The translations under genes were made by a program, and so were the position numbers. A stretch of 64,000 nucleotides of DNA from an uncultured beta proteobacterium (GTDB taxonomy: Bacteria > Pseudomonadota > Gammaproteobacteria > Burkholderiales > SG8-41), in NCBI GenBank assembly GCA_963802355.1, contig CAWDIV010000001.1, forward strand, positions 10,839-74,838, given 5' to 3'. The first letter of the stretch is position 1. Each line of letters opens with the position of its first letter. Positions 1 through 8,739 of the stretch are shown here, in pieces. The notes beneath the pieces were generated by a model, which ran no database searches, was not told where the DNA came from, and saw nothing but the letters and a program-made list of their open reading frames with translations.

Positions 1-54
1 AGCAGTCGCCGGTACAACGGCGAACGCGACGACGATCACGCGGAGAATTTTCAT
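1..54 (-). CDS. 5' end of a gene running off the left edge; signal-peptide-like N-terminus MKILRVIVVAFAVVPATA
   Basis: ATG at 54-52 on the minus strand, hydrophobic start, open to the window edge. Only 18 codons are visible. Confidence 0.25.
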   Translation of the reverse strand, partial: MKILRVIVVAFAVVPATA

Positions 55-143
55 TGTGATGCGATCTGATCGTTGATGTGCTGCGCGCGATTATACCGAA
101 AACCGGCTGCCCGCAGCGCGCCGAGTTTGCCCCGCGTGACTCG

Positions 144-1919
144 ATGGCAGATAATCCTTCAGCGGTCCGTCCGGCGCAGCCATTATCGCAAGTAATGAAC
201 AAGAACTTGCACCGCTTCTTTCCGTTTCTTTCCTGGTTTCCGCTCAAGCGCACGACGCTGAGAGCCGACTTGATCGCCGGCATCAGTGTCGCCATGGTGC
301 TGGTGCCGCAATCCATGGCTTATGCGCAGCTTGCCGGCATGCCACCTTATTACGGCCTTTATGCGGCTTGCCTGCCGGTCATGATCGGTGCGATATGGGG
401 ATCCTCGCATCAGCTCGCCACCGGCCCGGTGGCGATGGTCTCCCTGCTAACCGGCTCGATGCTCGCCAGCTTCGCTGCGCCCGGCACCGACCAGTTCATC
501 GCGCTGGCGATCCTGCTCGCCCTGATGGTAGGCGTCATGGAACTCGCGCTGGGAATGCTCCGGCTGGGCGCAATCATCAACTTCCTGTCGCATCCCGTGA
601 TCGTCGGGTTCACCAACGCCGCGGCCATCATCATCGCCCTGTCACAACTCGACAAACTGCTGGGAGTTCCCGCCCGCCGCAGCGGCAGCTTTATCGCCGA
701 CGTCTGGGGACTATTGAGCCAGGCGGGGGACACACGCTTGCTCACGCTGCTCATGGGAATCGCAGCATTCGTGATCATGTGGCTCCTGCGCAGATACGCA
801 CCGCGCTGGCCTGGCGTGCTGATCGCGGTCGCCGTCACCACGCTGGCGAGCTGGCAGATCGGGTTCGAGAAGGCCGGCGGTGCTGTTGTAGGCACGATCC
901 CCCCAGGGCTACCAAAGCTTGCCATACCGCCGTTGAACGGTGAAACGATCATGTTGCTGCTGTCCACCGCGTTCGTGATCACGCTGGTGGGATTCATGGA
1001 GGCAATCTCGATCGCCAAAGCGATGGCAACCAAGACCAGGCAGCGCATAGATCCGAATCAGGAGCTGGTCGGCCAGGGGCTCGCGAATGTCGTCGGCAGC
1101 TTCTGCCAGTCGTTTCCCGTGAGCGGGTCGTTCTCGCGCTCGGCTGTCAACCTCTCCGCCGGCGCGGTTACGGGCATGTCTTCCGTAGTGACTGGGGTCA
1201 TCGTGCTCGCGACCCTGCTCGCTTTCACCTCGCTGTTGTATCACCTTCCGCAATCGGTGCTGGCCGCCATCATCATGATGGCGGTGGTCAACCTCGTTAA
1301 CCTAGACGCGATGCGTCACATCTGGAAGGCGCAGCGGCACGACGGCCTGGCGGCGGCTACGACATTTGCCGCAACCCTCATTTTGGCACCGAACCTCGAC
1401 GCCGGGATCCTGATCGGCGCCGCGCTCGCGATCGTGCTCTACCTCTACCGCACCATGCGCCCCCGCGTCGTGGTTCTCGGCCGACATGCTGACGGAACGC
1501 TGCGCGACGCCACAATGCACGATCTGTCGACCAGCAAGCACGTCATCGCCATCCGCTTTGATGGGTCGCTCTATTTCGCGAACGTGCCTTATTTCGAGGA
1601 TGCCGTGCTGGAGGAAGTCGCCCGCAATCCCGAGGCCCGCTATCTCCTGATCGTGGGCGACGGCATCAACGAGCTCGACGCTTCCGGTGAGGAAGTGATC
1701 CGCCACCTGGTGCAGCGGCTGCGCGACAGCGGCGTCACCCTGGTATTTTCTGGACTCAAGCACCAGGTGATGCAGGTGATGGAGCGCACCGGGTTGCGCG
1801 AGGTGGTCGGGACCGAAAATCTGTTCCGCACCGAAGACCTGGCCCTGGAAGCCATCCACTCGGCCATCGACGCCGGAAAGCTCCCGCCGGAAGACTTTCT
1901 CTTGAAACCGTTCCGATAG
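144..1919 (+). CDS. SulP family inorganic anion transporter with C-terminal STAS domain
   Basis: ORF 78..1919. It has the SulP signature region LIAGISVAMVLVPQSMAYAQLAGMPPYYGLYAA, many TM segments, and a STAS-like tail (VIAIRFDGSLYFANVPYFED...LIVGDGINELDASGEEV). The start is ambiguous (GTG 78, ATG 144, ATG 195). Confidence 0.9.
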   Translation: MADNPSAVRPAQPLSQVMNKNLHRFFPFLSWFPLKRTTLRADLIAGISVAMVLVPQSMAYAQLAGMPPYYGLYAACLPVMIGAIWGSSHQLATGPVAMVSLLTGSMLASFAAPGTDQFIALAILLALMVGVMELALGMLRLGAIINFLSHPVIVGFTNAAAIIIALSQLDKLLGVPARRSGSFIADVWGLLSQAGDTRLLTLLMGIAAFVIMWLLRRYAPRWPGVLIAVAVTTLASWQIGFEKAGGAVVGTIPPGLPKLAIPPLNGETIMLLLSTAFVITLVGFMEAISIAKAMATKTRQRIDPNQELVGQGLANVVGSFCQSFPVSGSFSRSAVNLSAGAVTGMSSVVTGVIVLATLLAFTSLLYHLPQSVLAAIIMMAVVNLVNLDAMRHIWKAQRHDGLAAATTFAATLILAPNLDAGILIGAALAIVLYLYRTMRPRVVVLGRHADGTLRDATMHDLSTSKHVIAIRFDGSLYFANVPYFEDAVLEEVARNPEARYLLIVGDGINELDASGEEVIRHLVQRLRDSGVTLVFSGLKHQVMQVMERTGLREVVGTENLFRTEDLALEAIHSAIDAGKLPPEDFLLKPFR

Positions 1920-1930
1920 AATAAGCGGCC

Positions 1931-2482
1931 ATGGGCAAGCGCCTGACCAAAATCTACACGCGCACCGGCGACGGCGGGACCACGGGCCTGGCCGACGGCT
2001 CGCGCGTCGCCAAGGACGCGCCCCGCATCGAGGCGATCGGCGCGGTGGACGAGCTGAACAGCCTCGTGGGCATGTTGCTGGCCGAGAAGCTGCCGCGAAA
2101 CCTGCGCGGCTGCTTGACCGACGTGCAGCATGACCTCTTCGATCTCGGTGGCGAGTTGAGCGTTCCGGGCCACGCCATCATGACCGAAGCACACATTACA
2201 CGGCTCGAAAAGCTGCTCGACCGCCTCAACGCCCGGCTGCCGCCGCTCAAGGATTTCGTTCTGCCAGGCGGATCGCGCGCTGCGGGCTGCGCGCACGTAG
2301 CGCGCGCCGTCTGCCGTCGCGCCGAGCGCCGCGTGGTGACGCTCGCCGGGAAGGAAACGGCCCCGCCGCTCGCGATGCGCTATCTGAATCGCCTGTCGGA
2401 CCTGTTGTTCGTGCTCGCCCGGGTGTTTAACCGGCGCACCCGCGGGGGTGATGTGTTGTGGCAGCAGGGTAAGAACCGGTGA
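1931..2482 (+). CDS. PduO-type ATP:cob(I)alamin adenosyltransferase
   Basis: N-terminus MGKRLTKIYTRTGDGGTTGLADGSRV...IEAIGAVDELNS is typical of the PduO/MMAB family. Length is 183 aa. Confidence 0.9.
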   Translation: MGKRLTKIYTRTGDGGTTGLADGSRVAKDAPRIEAIGAVDELNSLVGMLLAEKLPRNLRGCLTDVQHDLFDLGGELSVPGHAIMTEAHITRLEKLLDRLNARLPPLKDFVLPGGSRAAGCAHVARAVCRRAERRVVTLAGKETAPPLAMRYLNRLSDLLFVLARVFNRRTRGGDVLWQQGKNR

Positions 2483-3138
2483 GCGAAAGTTCCGGCAGCT
2501 CGGGAGATCGGGAGATCGGGAGCAGGAGGTCTGAGTCGAGCTCACGCCCTGACGCCCTCCCGCTCTCACGTCCGGCAGCTGACGCGCTGGCCGAGCGGCT
2601 GGCCGGCCTGTTAGCCCAGTGCGCAGTGAAAAACCAGCGTGCTTTTGCCGAGCTGTACACCCTTACCTCGGCGAAACTGTTTGGCGTCTCGTTACGTATA
2701 TTACGCAGGCAGGACTGGGCCGAAGAGGTGCTGCAGGAATGCTACGTCAGCATATGGACCCACGCCGGGGACTACGCTGCGACGAGGAGCGCGCCGCTTA
2801 CATGGATGACCAGCATCGTCCGCAACCGCTGTCTCGACTGGTTGCGCCGGCCGCAATCCGAGACCACCGGAGAGGAATACGAGATCGCGGTCGAGTCCTG
2901 GCAGGACGAGGCGGAGGGCCCGCTGGAACAGCTGATGGCAGCCGGTGAAGCCGGCGCGTTATCGCGCTGCCTCGCGCAACTGGAGCCAAAGCAGCGGCAG
3001 AGCATCGTGCTGGCCTTCTTCCACGGCCTGTCTCATTCGGAGCTGGCGAGCCACATGAAGCAGCCGCTCGGCACGGTCAAGACCTGGGTGCGGCGGGGAC
3101 TCGAGCGGCTGAAGGGCTGCCTGGCAGCCGCTGGGTGA
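2479..3138 (+). CDS. ECF-type RNA polymerase sigma-70 family factor
   Basis: Region 2 (AFAELYTLTSAKLFGVSLRILRRQDWAEEVLQECYVSIW) and region 4 HTH (LSHSELASHMKQPLGTVKTWVRRGLERLK). The GTG start overlaps the upstream stop (GTGA). Confidence 0.88.
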   Translation: MSESSGSSGDREIGSRRSESSSRPDALPLSRPAADALAERLAGLLAQCAVKNQRAFAELYTLTSAKLFGVSLRILRRQDWAEEVLQECYVSIWTHAGDYAATRSAPLTWMTSIVRNRCLDWLRRPQSETTGEEYEIAVESWQDEAEGPLEQLMAAGEAGALSRCLAQLEPKQRQSIVLAFFHGLSHSELASHMKQPLGTVKTWVRRGLERLKGCLAAAG

Positions 3139-3254
3139 ACGAGTGAACGGGTGAACGAGTGAACCCCCTCACCTCATCCCTCTCCCCCGGTAGACTGGGG
3201 AGAAGGTGCTTGTGGTTTTCACCCGTTCACTCGTTCACTCGTTCACTCGTTCAC
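3135..3254. repeat. Composite hairpin element: (GTGAACG)n arm, CCCTCTCCCCC..GGGGAGAAGG core, (CGTTCAC)n arm
   Basis: Left arm 3135-3164 is four GTGAAC(G/g)(A/G)G units. Right arm 3218-3254 is the complementary TTCAC(C/T)CG units. The core is itself palindromic. A homologous copy in opposite orientation lies at 6773-6890. Confidence 0.9.
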
Positions 3255-3264
3255 GGATTTTGGG

Positions 3265-3978
3265 ATGGCTAGGTACAAGAACCCGGAACTGCGCGACAGG
3301 CTGGCGGCCGAGTACGTGCTTGGCACGCTCACCTGGCGCGCCCGCTCGCGGTTCCAGTCGCTCATGCGCTACGACCGTGACCTGCGGCAGACTGTCGCTG
3401 ACTGGGAAGCGCGGCTCGTCCCCCTCGCTCTCGTCGCATCCGACATCGCGCCGCCGGCGCGCGTCTGGCGCGCGCTCGATCAACGCATCAGCCGCACGAC
3501 GGGCGTCCCCCGCTGGTGGGAAGGTCTCGCATTCTGGCGCACGCTTGCAGTCACGAGCGCTGCGTTCGTCCTGATACTGGCCACCGTGATCGGCGTCGCG
3601 CCACGGCCCGAGCCGCCCATGTCGACGGTGGCGGTCATGTCGGACGAGCGCGGACAGCCGGCGATGGTTGTCTCCTGGCCGCCGATGCAGGCCATGCGCG
3701 ATCCCCATATCCGGGTGAAGATCATGCAGGAACATCCGACCATGGCCCCGACCACTTCGTGGGAGCTGTGGATGTTGCCCGGCGGCAACGCCGCGCCCGT
3801 ATCGTTGGGACTTGTGAGCCTCGATCCCGTCCAAGTGATGAAGCTGCCGCCGGCGCTGGCCGGGAAAATGGCGGATGCGTGGGGCGTGGCCATGAGCATC
3901 GAGCCGGCAGGCGGGTCGCCCACCGGCGTGCCGACGGGGCCGGTGATCTTCAAGGGCCAGTGCGTTAGGATCTTGTGA
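3265..3978 (+). CDS. Anti-sigma factor, RskA-like (single TM, periplasmic C-terminal domain)
   Basis: Follows the ECF sigma gene. It has an N-terminal anti-sigma helix region (LAAEYVLGTL), a TM segment WRTLAVTSAAFVLILATVIGV, and the C-terminal motif AMSIEPAGGSPTGVPTGPVI. Confidence 0.8.
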   Translation: MARYKNPELRDRLAAEYVLGTLTWRARSRFQSLMRYDRDLRQTVADWEARLVPLALVASDIAPPARVWRALDQRISRTTGVPRWWEGLAFWRTLAVTSAAFVLILATVIGVAPRPEPPMSTVAVMSDERGQPAMVVSWPPMQAMRDPHIRVKIMQEHPTMAPTTSWELWMLPGGNAAPVSLGLVSLDPVQVMKLPPALAGKMADAWGVAMSIEPAGGSPTGVPTGPVIFKGQCVRIL

Positions 3979-4072
3979 GCCCACAAAATCCTGAAATGGG
4001 ACAGCGGGAAAGTATCGATTTCTACCTTCTGTATCCAGTATCCTGAATCCTTGATCGCGCCGCTCAGAAGCC

Positions 4073-4558
4073 ATGAAGAAACTCGCCGTCACCTTTCTCG
4101 TCGGTGCAATATGCGGCACAGCGGCGGGATTCGCTCTAGGCATTTTTGTCTACCCGTACATCTTTCTCGCCGACATCGTGGGCAAGGAGCAGGTGGAAAG
4201 CCCCGCTTCGAGGAAACTCGTGGCGAAGGGGGCTTTCATTCATGCGAACCCGAGCGATCCGATCCACCATGGAAAGGGGGGCGTGACGGTGTACCAGGAT
4301 CTCCTGCACCTGGAAGGCGACTTCGAGGTAGGGCCGGGACCCAAATTTCACGTCTATCTCGTGCCCGAGAAGAACGTCGTGCCCTCCACCAACGTCGCGA
4401 AAACCATGTACGTCGATCTCGGCCGGTTGAAGGCATTCAAAGGAAGCCAGAACTATCCGGTGCCCGCCGGCGTCGACCTCGCCAAGTACCCGAGCGTGGT
4501 GATCTGGTGCGAGCAGTTCGGGGTGCTGATTTCCCCCGCGGCGTTGAAATTCAACTGA
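4073..4558 (+). CDS. DM13 domain-containing membrane-anchored protein
   Basis: N-terminal TM segment, then GAFIHANPSDPIHHGKGGVTVYQ...GPGPKFHVYLVP...YPSVVIWCEQFGVLISPA, which resembles DM13. Confidence 0.6.
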   Translation: MKKLAVTFLVGAICGTAAGFALGIFVYPYIFLADIVGKEQVESPASRKLVAKGAFIHANPSDPIHHGKGGVTVYQDLLHLEGDFEVGPGPKFHVYLVPEKNVVPSTNVAKTMYVDLGRLKAFKGSQNYPVPAGVDLAKYPSVVIWCEQFGVLISPAALKFN

Positions 4559-4641
4559 CCGCTGAGACGCCGAGAAACCCAAGGGCAATCTAGCCGCCGA
4601 TTACGCCGATAACGCCGATAAGGAAAGGCGCAGGTAGAGTG

Positions 4642-4728
4642 TTCATCCTTCATCCTTCATCCTTCATCCTTCATCCTTCATCCATTCATCCTTCATCCTT
4701 CATCCTTCATCCTTCATCCTTCATCCTT
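4642..4728. repeat. Tandem heptanucleotide array, about 12.5 copies of TTCATCC (one variant copy, CCATTCA)
   Basis: Read directly at 4642-4728. It lies between convergent genes, and the last units encode the C-terminal residues (..EKDEG*) of the minus-strand GNAT gene. Confidence 0.95.
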
Positions 4729-5220
4729 CTCGGCGAGGCGACGCAGGGCGTCGCCTGTTAGCCGAAAGACGCTCCATTCCCGCACCGGTTCGGCGCCTAT
4801 GCCTCGATAAAACCGGATCGCGGGCTCGTTCCAGTCGAGTACCGACCAGTCCAGCCTCGCGCAACCGCGAGCAGTGGCTACACCCGCAACGTACGCCAGC
4901 AATCTCCGGCCCAGCCCGCGGCGGCGCCAGCGCGGCTCCACGAAGAGATCCTCGAGGTACAGGCCCGGCTGTCCTGCAAAGGTGGAGAAAACAGGGAAAA
5001 AGACCGCGAAGCCTGCAGCCTCCTCGCCGGCGCGCGCGATAACGACCTCGGCGGCGGGGCGCGGCCCGAAAAGCGATGTGCGAAGGGCCTCTTCGGTGGC
5101 AACGACCTTGTGCGAGAGCCGCTGGTACTCCGCGAGCGCCTTGATCATGCCAAGAATGACCGGCACGTCGCGCTCCGTCGCCGCCTCGATGCGAAAATCC
5201 GCTGGTGGTTGAAGACTCAT
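4714..5220 (-). CDS. GNAT family N-acetyltransferase (diamine/spermidine acetyltransferase-like)
   Basis: MSLQPPADFRIEAATERDVPVILGMIKALAEYQRL...EDLFVEPRWRRRGLGRRLLAYVAGVA shows the acetyl-CoA binding motif. ATG 5220 was chosen inside the longer ORF 4714..5280. Confidence 0.85.
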   Translation of the reverse strand: MSLQPPADFRIEAATERDVPVILGMIKALAEYQRLSHKVVATEEALRTSLFGPRPAAEVVIARAGEEAAGFAVFFPVFSTFAGQPGLYLEDLFVEPRWRRRGLGRRLLAYVAGVATARGCARLDWSVLDWNEPAIRFYRGIGAEPVREWSVFRLTGDALRRLAEKDEG

Positions 5221-5341
5221 TGCATTGATCATGACGTGAGTGTAGATCATCAACGTCTTGATCACGTTGAACGACGACACGTCCCGGCGCAGAATGACGG
5301 ATCACAAACCTCCATTCCGAACAACCATCGAAGGTAGGAAC

Positions 5342-5734
5342 ATGATCGACAAGCGCATCATCGGGACTTGGCGGCTCAAAAGCACGAAGGCCGTCGACGA
5401 CGACGGCAAGGTGCTGGCGCCCCCCTATGGACCGGCTCCCAACGGCGTGGTGTGCTTCCAGGCCAACGGGCGCATGTACTCCGTTCTGTGCGACGGCCGC
5501 GACGAACTGCCGCGCGGCGAGCCGCGGCAGTTCATGTCCTACGCCGGCAACTACACGTTCGACGGCACCACGCTTTCGACTCGCGTCGATGCCTCGTCGG
5601 ACGCAAGCCGGATCGGGGGCGACCAAGTACGCGACGTGCGCTTCGAGAACGGTGGCATGGTACTTGCGCCGCCGCGCCGGCTCTACGCCAGCGTGATGCA
5701 GCATCAGGAGCTGTTCTGGGAGCGCGTCGCCTAG
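5342..5734 (+). CDS. Lipocalin-like domain protein
   Basis: MIDKRIIGTWRLKSTKAVDDDGKVLAPPYGPAPNGVVCFQANGRMYSV...YAGNYTFDGTTLSTRVDAS is the typical lipocalin-like beta-barrel pattern. Confidence 0.6.
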   Translation: MIDKRIIGTWRLKSTKAVDDDGKVLAPPYGPAPNGVVCFQANGRMYSVLCDGRDELPRGEPRQFMSYAGNYTFDGTTLSTRVDASSDASRIGGDQVRDVRFENGGMVLAPPRRLYASVMQHQELFWERVA

Positions 5735-5885
5735 CGCGTCATGGCAGCGGACCCGGCCGAGCCAGACGCATCACCGCCCGGATGCATGAGCCAAAGCTTG
5801 CCAAGCTCCAAGGCGAGCGCATCATCGGGACTTGCGATCCGAGCAAATGCTCGAGAATTACGGCGTCACCGAATCGAATGGATCT

Positions 5886-6866
5886 TCATCGGCGGTTGCG
5901 TCTGACCTGCTCCAGCGCCGCGCACGCCACGCGGGCACCTTCCAAAATCCTTGGCGTCTGCCGCTGTATTAGATCCGGATTGACGTAGTGCGCCGGCAGC
6001 TCGCGCAGCGGTGGCAGGGCCGATGCGCGCCAGTGGGCGGCAAACTCCTTCTCACCACCTGCCGAGCCGCCACCCAATATCACCTCGGGTTTCGCCGCGA
6101 TGATCGCTTCGAGCGAGACCGTCGGGGTGAGCTGGGATACATCCGAGAACACGTTTTCTCCTCCGCAGAGCGCTATCACGTCGCTGATCATGTGGGCGCC
6201 GTTCACCGTCATGAACGGCTTCGCCCAGATCGCGTAGAACACGCGCACCTTCGGCGCTTTCGCATACCGCTCGCGCAGCTCCCGGATGCCTCGCTCGAAC
6301 TCTCCCGCCGCGCGCTCGGCTTCGGTCTGCATTCCCGCCAGCGCCCCGATCGCCCGCAGCACGCGGGGAATATCGGTCAGGCGGCGCGGCTCCGCGACGA
6401 AGACAGCGTATCCCAGCCGCTCGAGGCGCTCGAAATCGCCGGTCCGGTTGCCGCTCCTCCACGCGAGAACGAGGTCTGGGCGCAAAGCGACAATACGCTC
6501 GAGATCGACGCTCACCGCGTCTCCCACCTGCGCAATCTTTCGAGCTGCCGGCGGGAAATCGCTGTGGCGCGCGACGCCGACGAGGCGTCCTCCCGCTCCC
6601 ACGGCAAACGCCAGCTCCGCGAGGCTAGGCGCGATTGCCACGATACGGTGCGCCGGACCGGCAAGCGTTACGGTTTTACCTGCATCGTCGATAACGGACA
6701 CGGGCTGCGCGCCCACCGGCGCAGAAGCCAGGAGGACGGCAATCAAGCCGCAGATAAACGCAGGAAAGAACCGGGAACGGGTGAACGGGTGAACGGGTGA
6801 ACGGGAAAAAACATGGACGCCCTCTCCCCCGCTACCGGGGGAGAGGGACGGGGTGAGGGGGCTCAC
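5886..6866 (-). CDS. Periplasmic ABC-type substrate-binding protein, BtuF/FecB-like (cobalamin or siderophore binding family)
   Basis: RIVAIAPSLAELAFAVGAGGRLVGVARHSDFP...VSVDLERIVALRPDLVLAW. The annotated N-terminus runs into repeat 6773-6890, so the true start is probably further downstream. Confidence 0.75.
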   Translation of the reverse strand: MSPLTPSLSPGSGGEGVHVFSRSPVHPFTRSRFFPAFICGLIAVLLASAPVGAQPVSVIDDAGKTVTLAGPAHRIVAIAPSLAELAFAVGAGGRLVGVARHSDFPPAARKIAQVGDAVSVDLERIVALRPDLVLAWRSGNRTGDFERLERLGYAVFVAEPRRLTDIPRVLRAIGALAGMQTEAERAAGEFERGIRELRERYAKAPKVRVFYAIWAKPFMTVNGAHMISDVIALCGGENVFSDVSQLTPTVSLEAIIAAKPEVILGGGSAGGEKEFAAHWRASALPPLRELPAHYVNPDLIQRQTPRILEGARVACAALEQVRRNRR

Positions 6867-6890
6867 TCGTTCACCCGTTCACCCTGTCAC
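6773..6890. repeat. Second copy (inverted orientation) of the GTGAACG-arm / CCCTCTCCCCC-core hairpin element
   Basis: The reverse complement aligns with 3135-3254 across arms and core (CCCCCTCACC..CCCTCTCCCCCGGTAG..GGGGAGAGGG). Confidence 0.9.
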
Positions 6891-6941
6891 ATTTGAGGAG
6901 ATTGCCGGAACAACGATGGTGATCCGGGATCGCAGTACGGC

Positions 6942-7481
6942 TCAAACCCCTTCCAAATACTGCAGCAGCCGCGCGCTCGTCTGGCGCAGGCGACCGGAGA
7001 GCATCGACACCAGCTTCACGAGGATCTTGGATCCCAGGCTGGGGTGATCGAGAATGATTTTTGCCATGGCGTCGCGATGCAGCACGGCAAATACCGTCGG
7101 CTCGGTTGCGATGCAGGTGGCGAACCGCGGCTCTCCGTCGATCATGGACATCTCGCCCAGCGTCATGCCCGGGGTGACTGTGGTCATGTGCTGCTGATCT
7201 TGCCGCATCCCCTTCTTCAGGATATCGACGTAGCCTTCGACGATGAGCAGCATGAAGTCGCCGCCGTCGCCTTCCCGGATGATGGTCTCTCCCGGCTGCG
7301 CGCGGTAAACGATCATGTAACCGGCCAGCAGCGCGATGTCCTCGCGCGAGAACTCGGCGAAGAACAGCGATTTCCCGACCAGGCCGTAAATTTCGTCGGC
7401 GATCGCGATACCCTTGCCGACCCGCTCCAGATGCTGGAGGGCACCTTGATCGACGCTGGATCCCGGCAAATCTTCCGCCAT
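6942..7481 (-). CDS. Cyclic nucleotide-binding domain protein
   Basis: cNMP-binding fold pattern: GETIIREGDGGDFMLLIVEGYVDILK...TLGEMSMIDGEPRFATCIATEPTVFAVL. Confidence 0.8.
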   Translation of the reverse strand: MAEDLPGSSVDQGALQHLERVGKGIAIADEIYGLVGKSLFFAEFSREDIALLAGYMIVYRAQPGETIIREGDGGDFMLLIVEGYVDILKKGMRQDQQHMTTVTPGMTLGEMSMIDGEPRFATCIATEPTVFAVLHRDAMAKIILDHPSLGSKILVKLVSMLSGRLRQTSARLLQYLEGV

Positions 7482-7541
7482 ACCGTCCTCCTCAGGCCCG
7501 GTCTCGCGTCATGCCACTATATAACGGCACTGTCATGATCC

Positions 7542-8608
7542 CTATTCTGCCTGTGCCTTCAAACGCCGCTGGCGGACCGCGATCGAAAGCATGTCCAGCA
7601 CCTTGCGGCTTTCCTCCCAGGCCAGACAGCCGTCGGTGATACTCATGCCGTAAGTCAGTTCCTTGCCCGGGATCAGGTCTTGCCTTCCCCCCCTGAGATG
7701 GCTCTCGAGCATCATGCCGACGATGCGCTCGTCCCCGGCCGCGATCTGGCGCGCGACCTCCTCGCCCACCTCGGCCTGCTTCTCCGGCTTCTTGCTGCTG
7801 TTGCCGTGGCTGAAGTCGATCATGAGCCGGGCCGGTATACCGACTTCGGCCAGCGTCTTGCTGGCAGCATCCACGCTGGCGGCGTCGTAATTCGGCTTGC
7901 TTCCGCCGCGCAAGATGATGTGGCAATCTTCGTTACCGCTCGTGGATACGATGGCAGTATGACCGCCTTTGGTGACCGAGAGGAAGTGGTGCGGCGCCTG
8001 TGCTGCGCGGATCGCGTCCACCGCGATTCTCACGTTGCCGTCGGTTCCGTTCTTGAATCCGACCGGGCACGACAACCCCGACGCGAGCTCGCGGTGCACC
8101 TGGCTTTCGGTGGTGCGCGCGCCGATCGCGCCCCACGCCACCAGGTCCGCGATGTACTGGGGGGTGATCATGTCGAGAAACTCGCAGCCGACCGGCATTC
8201 CCATCTCGTTCAAGTCGAGCAGCAACTGGCGCGCGACGCGCAGGCCCTCATTGATGCTGAAGCTGCCGTCGAGCCTGGGATCGTTGATGAGCCCTTTCCA
8301 TCCCACAGTGGTGCGGGGCTTCTCGAAATAGACGCGCATGACCACCACCAGATCGGTTGCGAGAACGTCCTTCGCCTCCTTGAGCTTCCCGGCGTATCCT
8401 TGGCGGCCTTCACGTCATGGATGGAGCACGGCCCCATGACCACCAGCGCGCGGTCATCGGCTCCGTGCAGGATGCGATGGATGGCGTGCCGCGTTTCGTA
8501 CGTGGTTTCGGCGGCTTTGTCCGAGAGGGGGAATTCGCGCAGCAGGTGCGACGGCGGAACGAGTTCCTTGATCTCCAGCACACGAACGTCATCAGTCCGG
8601 TAATGCAT
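7542..8608 (-). CDS. Class I 3-deoxy-7-phosphoheptulonate (DAHP) synthase, AroF/G/H type; reading frame broken by one apparent 1-nt deletion near 8398
   Basis: N-terminal ORF 8210..8608 (..LVVMGPCSIHDVKAAK) and C-terminal ORF 7542..8348 (VVMRVYFEKPRTTVGWKGLINDP..) are in different frames. The junction AAGGATACGCCGGG should read AAG GAn TAC GCC GGG (KEYAG). Confidence 0.9.
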
Positions 8609-8647
8609 AACATCTAAAACCGTAAAATCAATGCATTATAGCAGCAT

Positions 8648-8734
8648 GTGAAGGTAAGCCGTGAGCAGGAAGCGGAAACAACGAACAGTAAAGCAGTCGC
8701 GCAGCGGGTGGACCATTACCGCTTACTGCTTACC
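8648..8734. repeat. Heptamer-arm hairpin element (GTAAGCG/GTGAGCA family)
   Basis: Left arm GTGAAGGTAAGCCGTGAGCAGGAAGCGG. Right arm CCGCTTACTGCTTACC. The same heptamer family occurs at 45976-46064. Confidence 0.75.
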
Positions 8735-8739
8735 GGATT

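Noticed and set aside
1640-2569. Long antisense or out-of-frame ORFs throughout the core region (for example 1640..2569, 3235..4143, 4721..5704, 9115..9960, 13430..14503, 30545..31912, 32223..33425, 34649..36205, 38047..38979)
   Set aside because: They overlap genes with clear family motifs on the other strand or frame. They are Arg/Ala/Pro/Gly-rich, as expected for shadow ORFs in GC-rich DNA, and show no recognisable motifs.
4642-4728. Heptamer arrays as a CRISPR array or as coding repeats
   Set aside because: The units are 7 nt with no spacers. There are no cas genes in the window, and the predicted peptides (ILHPSS, FTRSPVH, LETSNLK and the like) are by-products of the repeat.
6867-6941. 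Cobalamin riboswitch upstream of the BtuF-like gene
   Set aside because: Only about 75 nt are available, and they are filled by the GTGAACG hairpin element. No B12-box-like sequence was seen.
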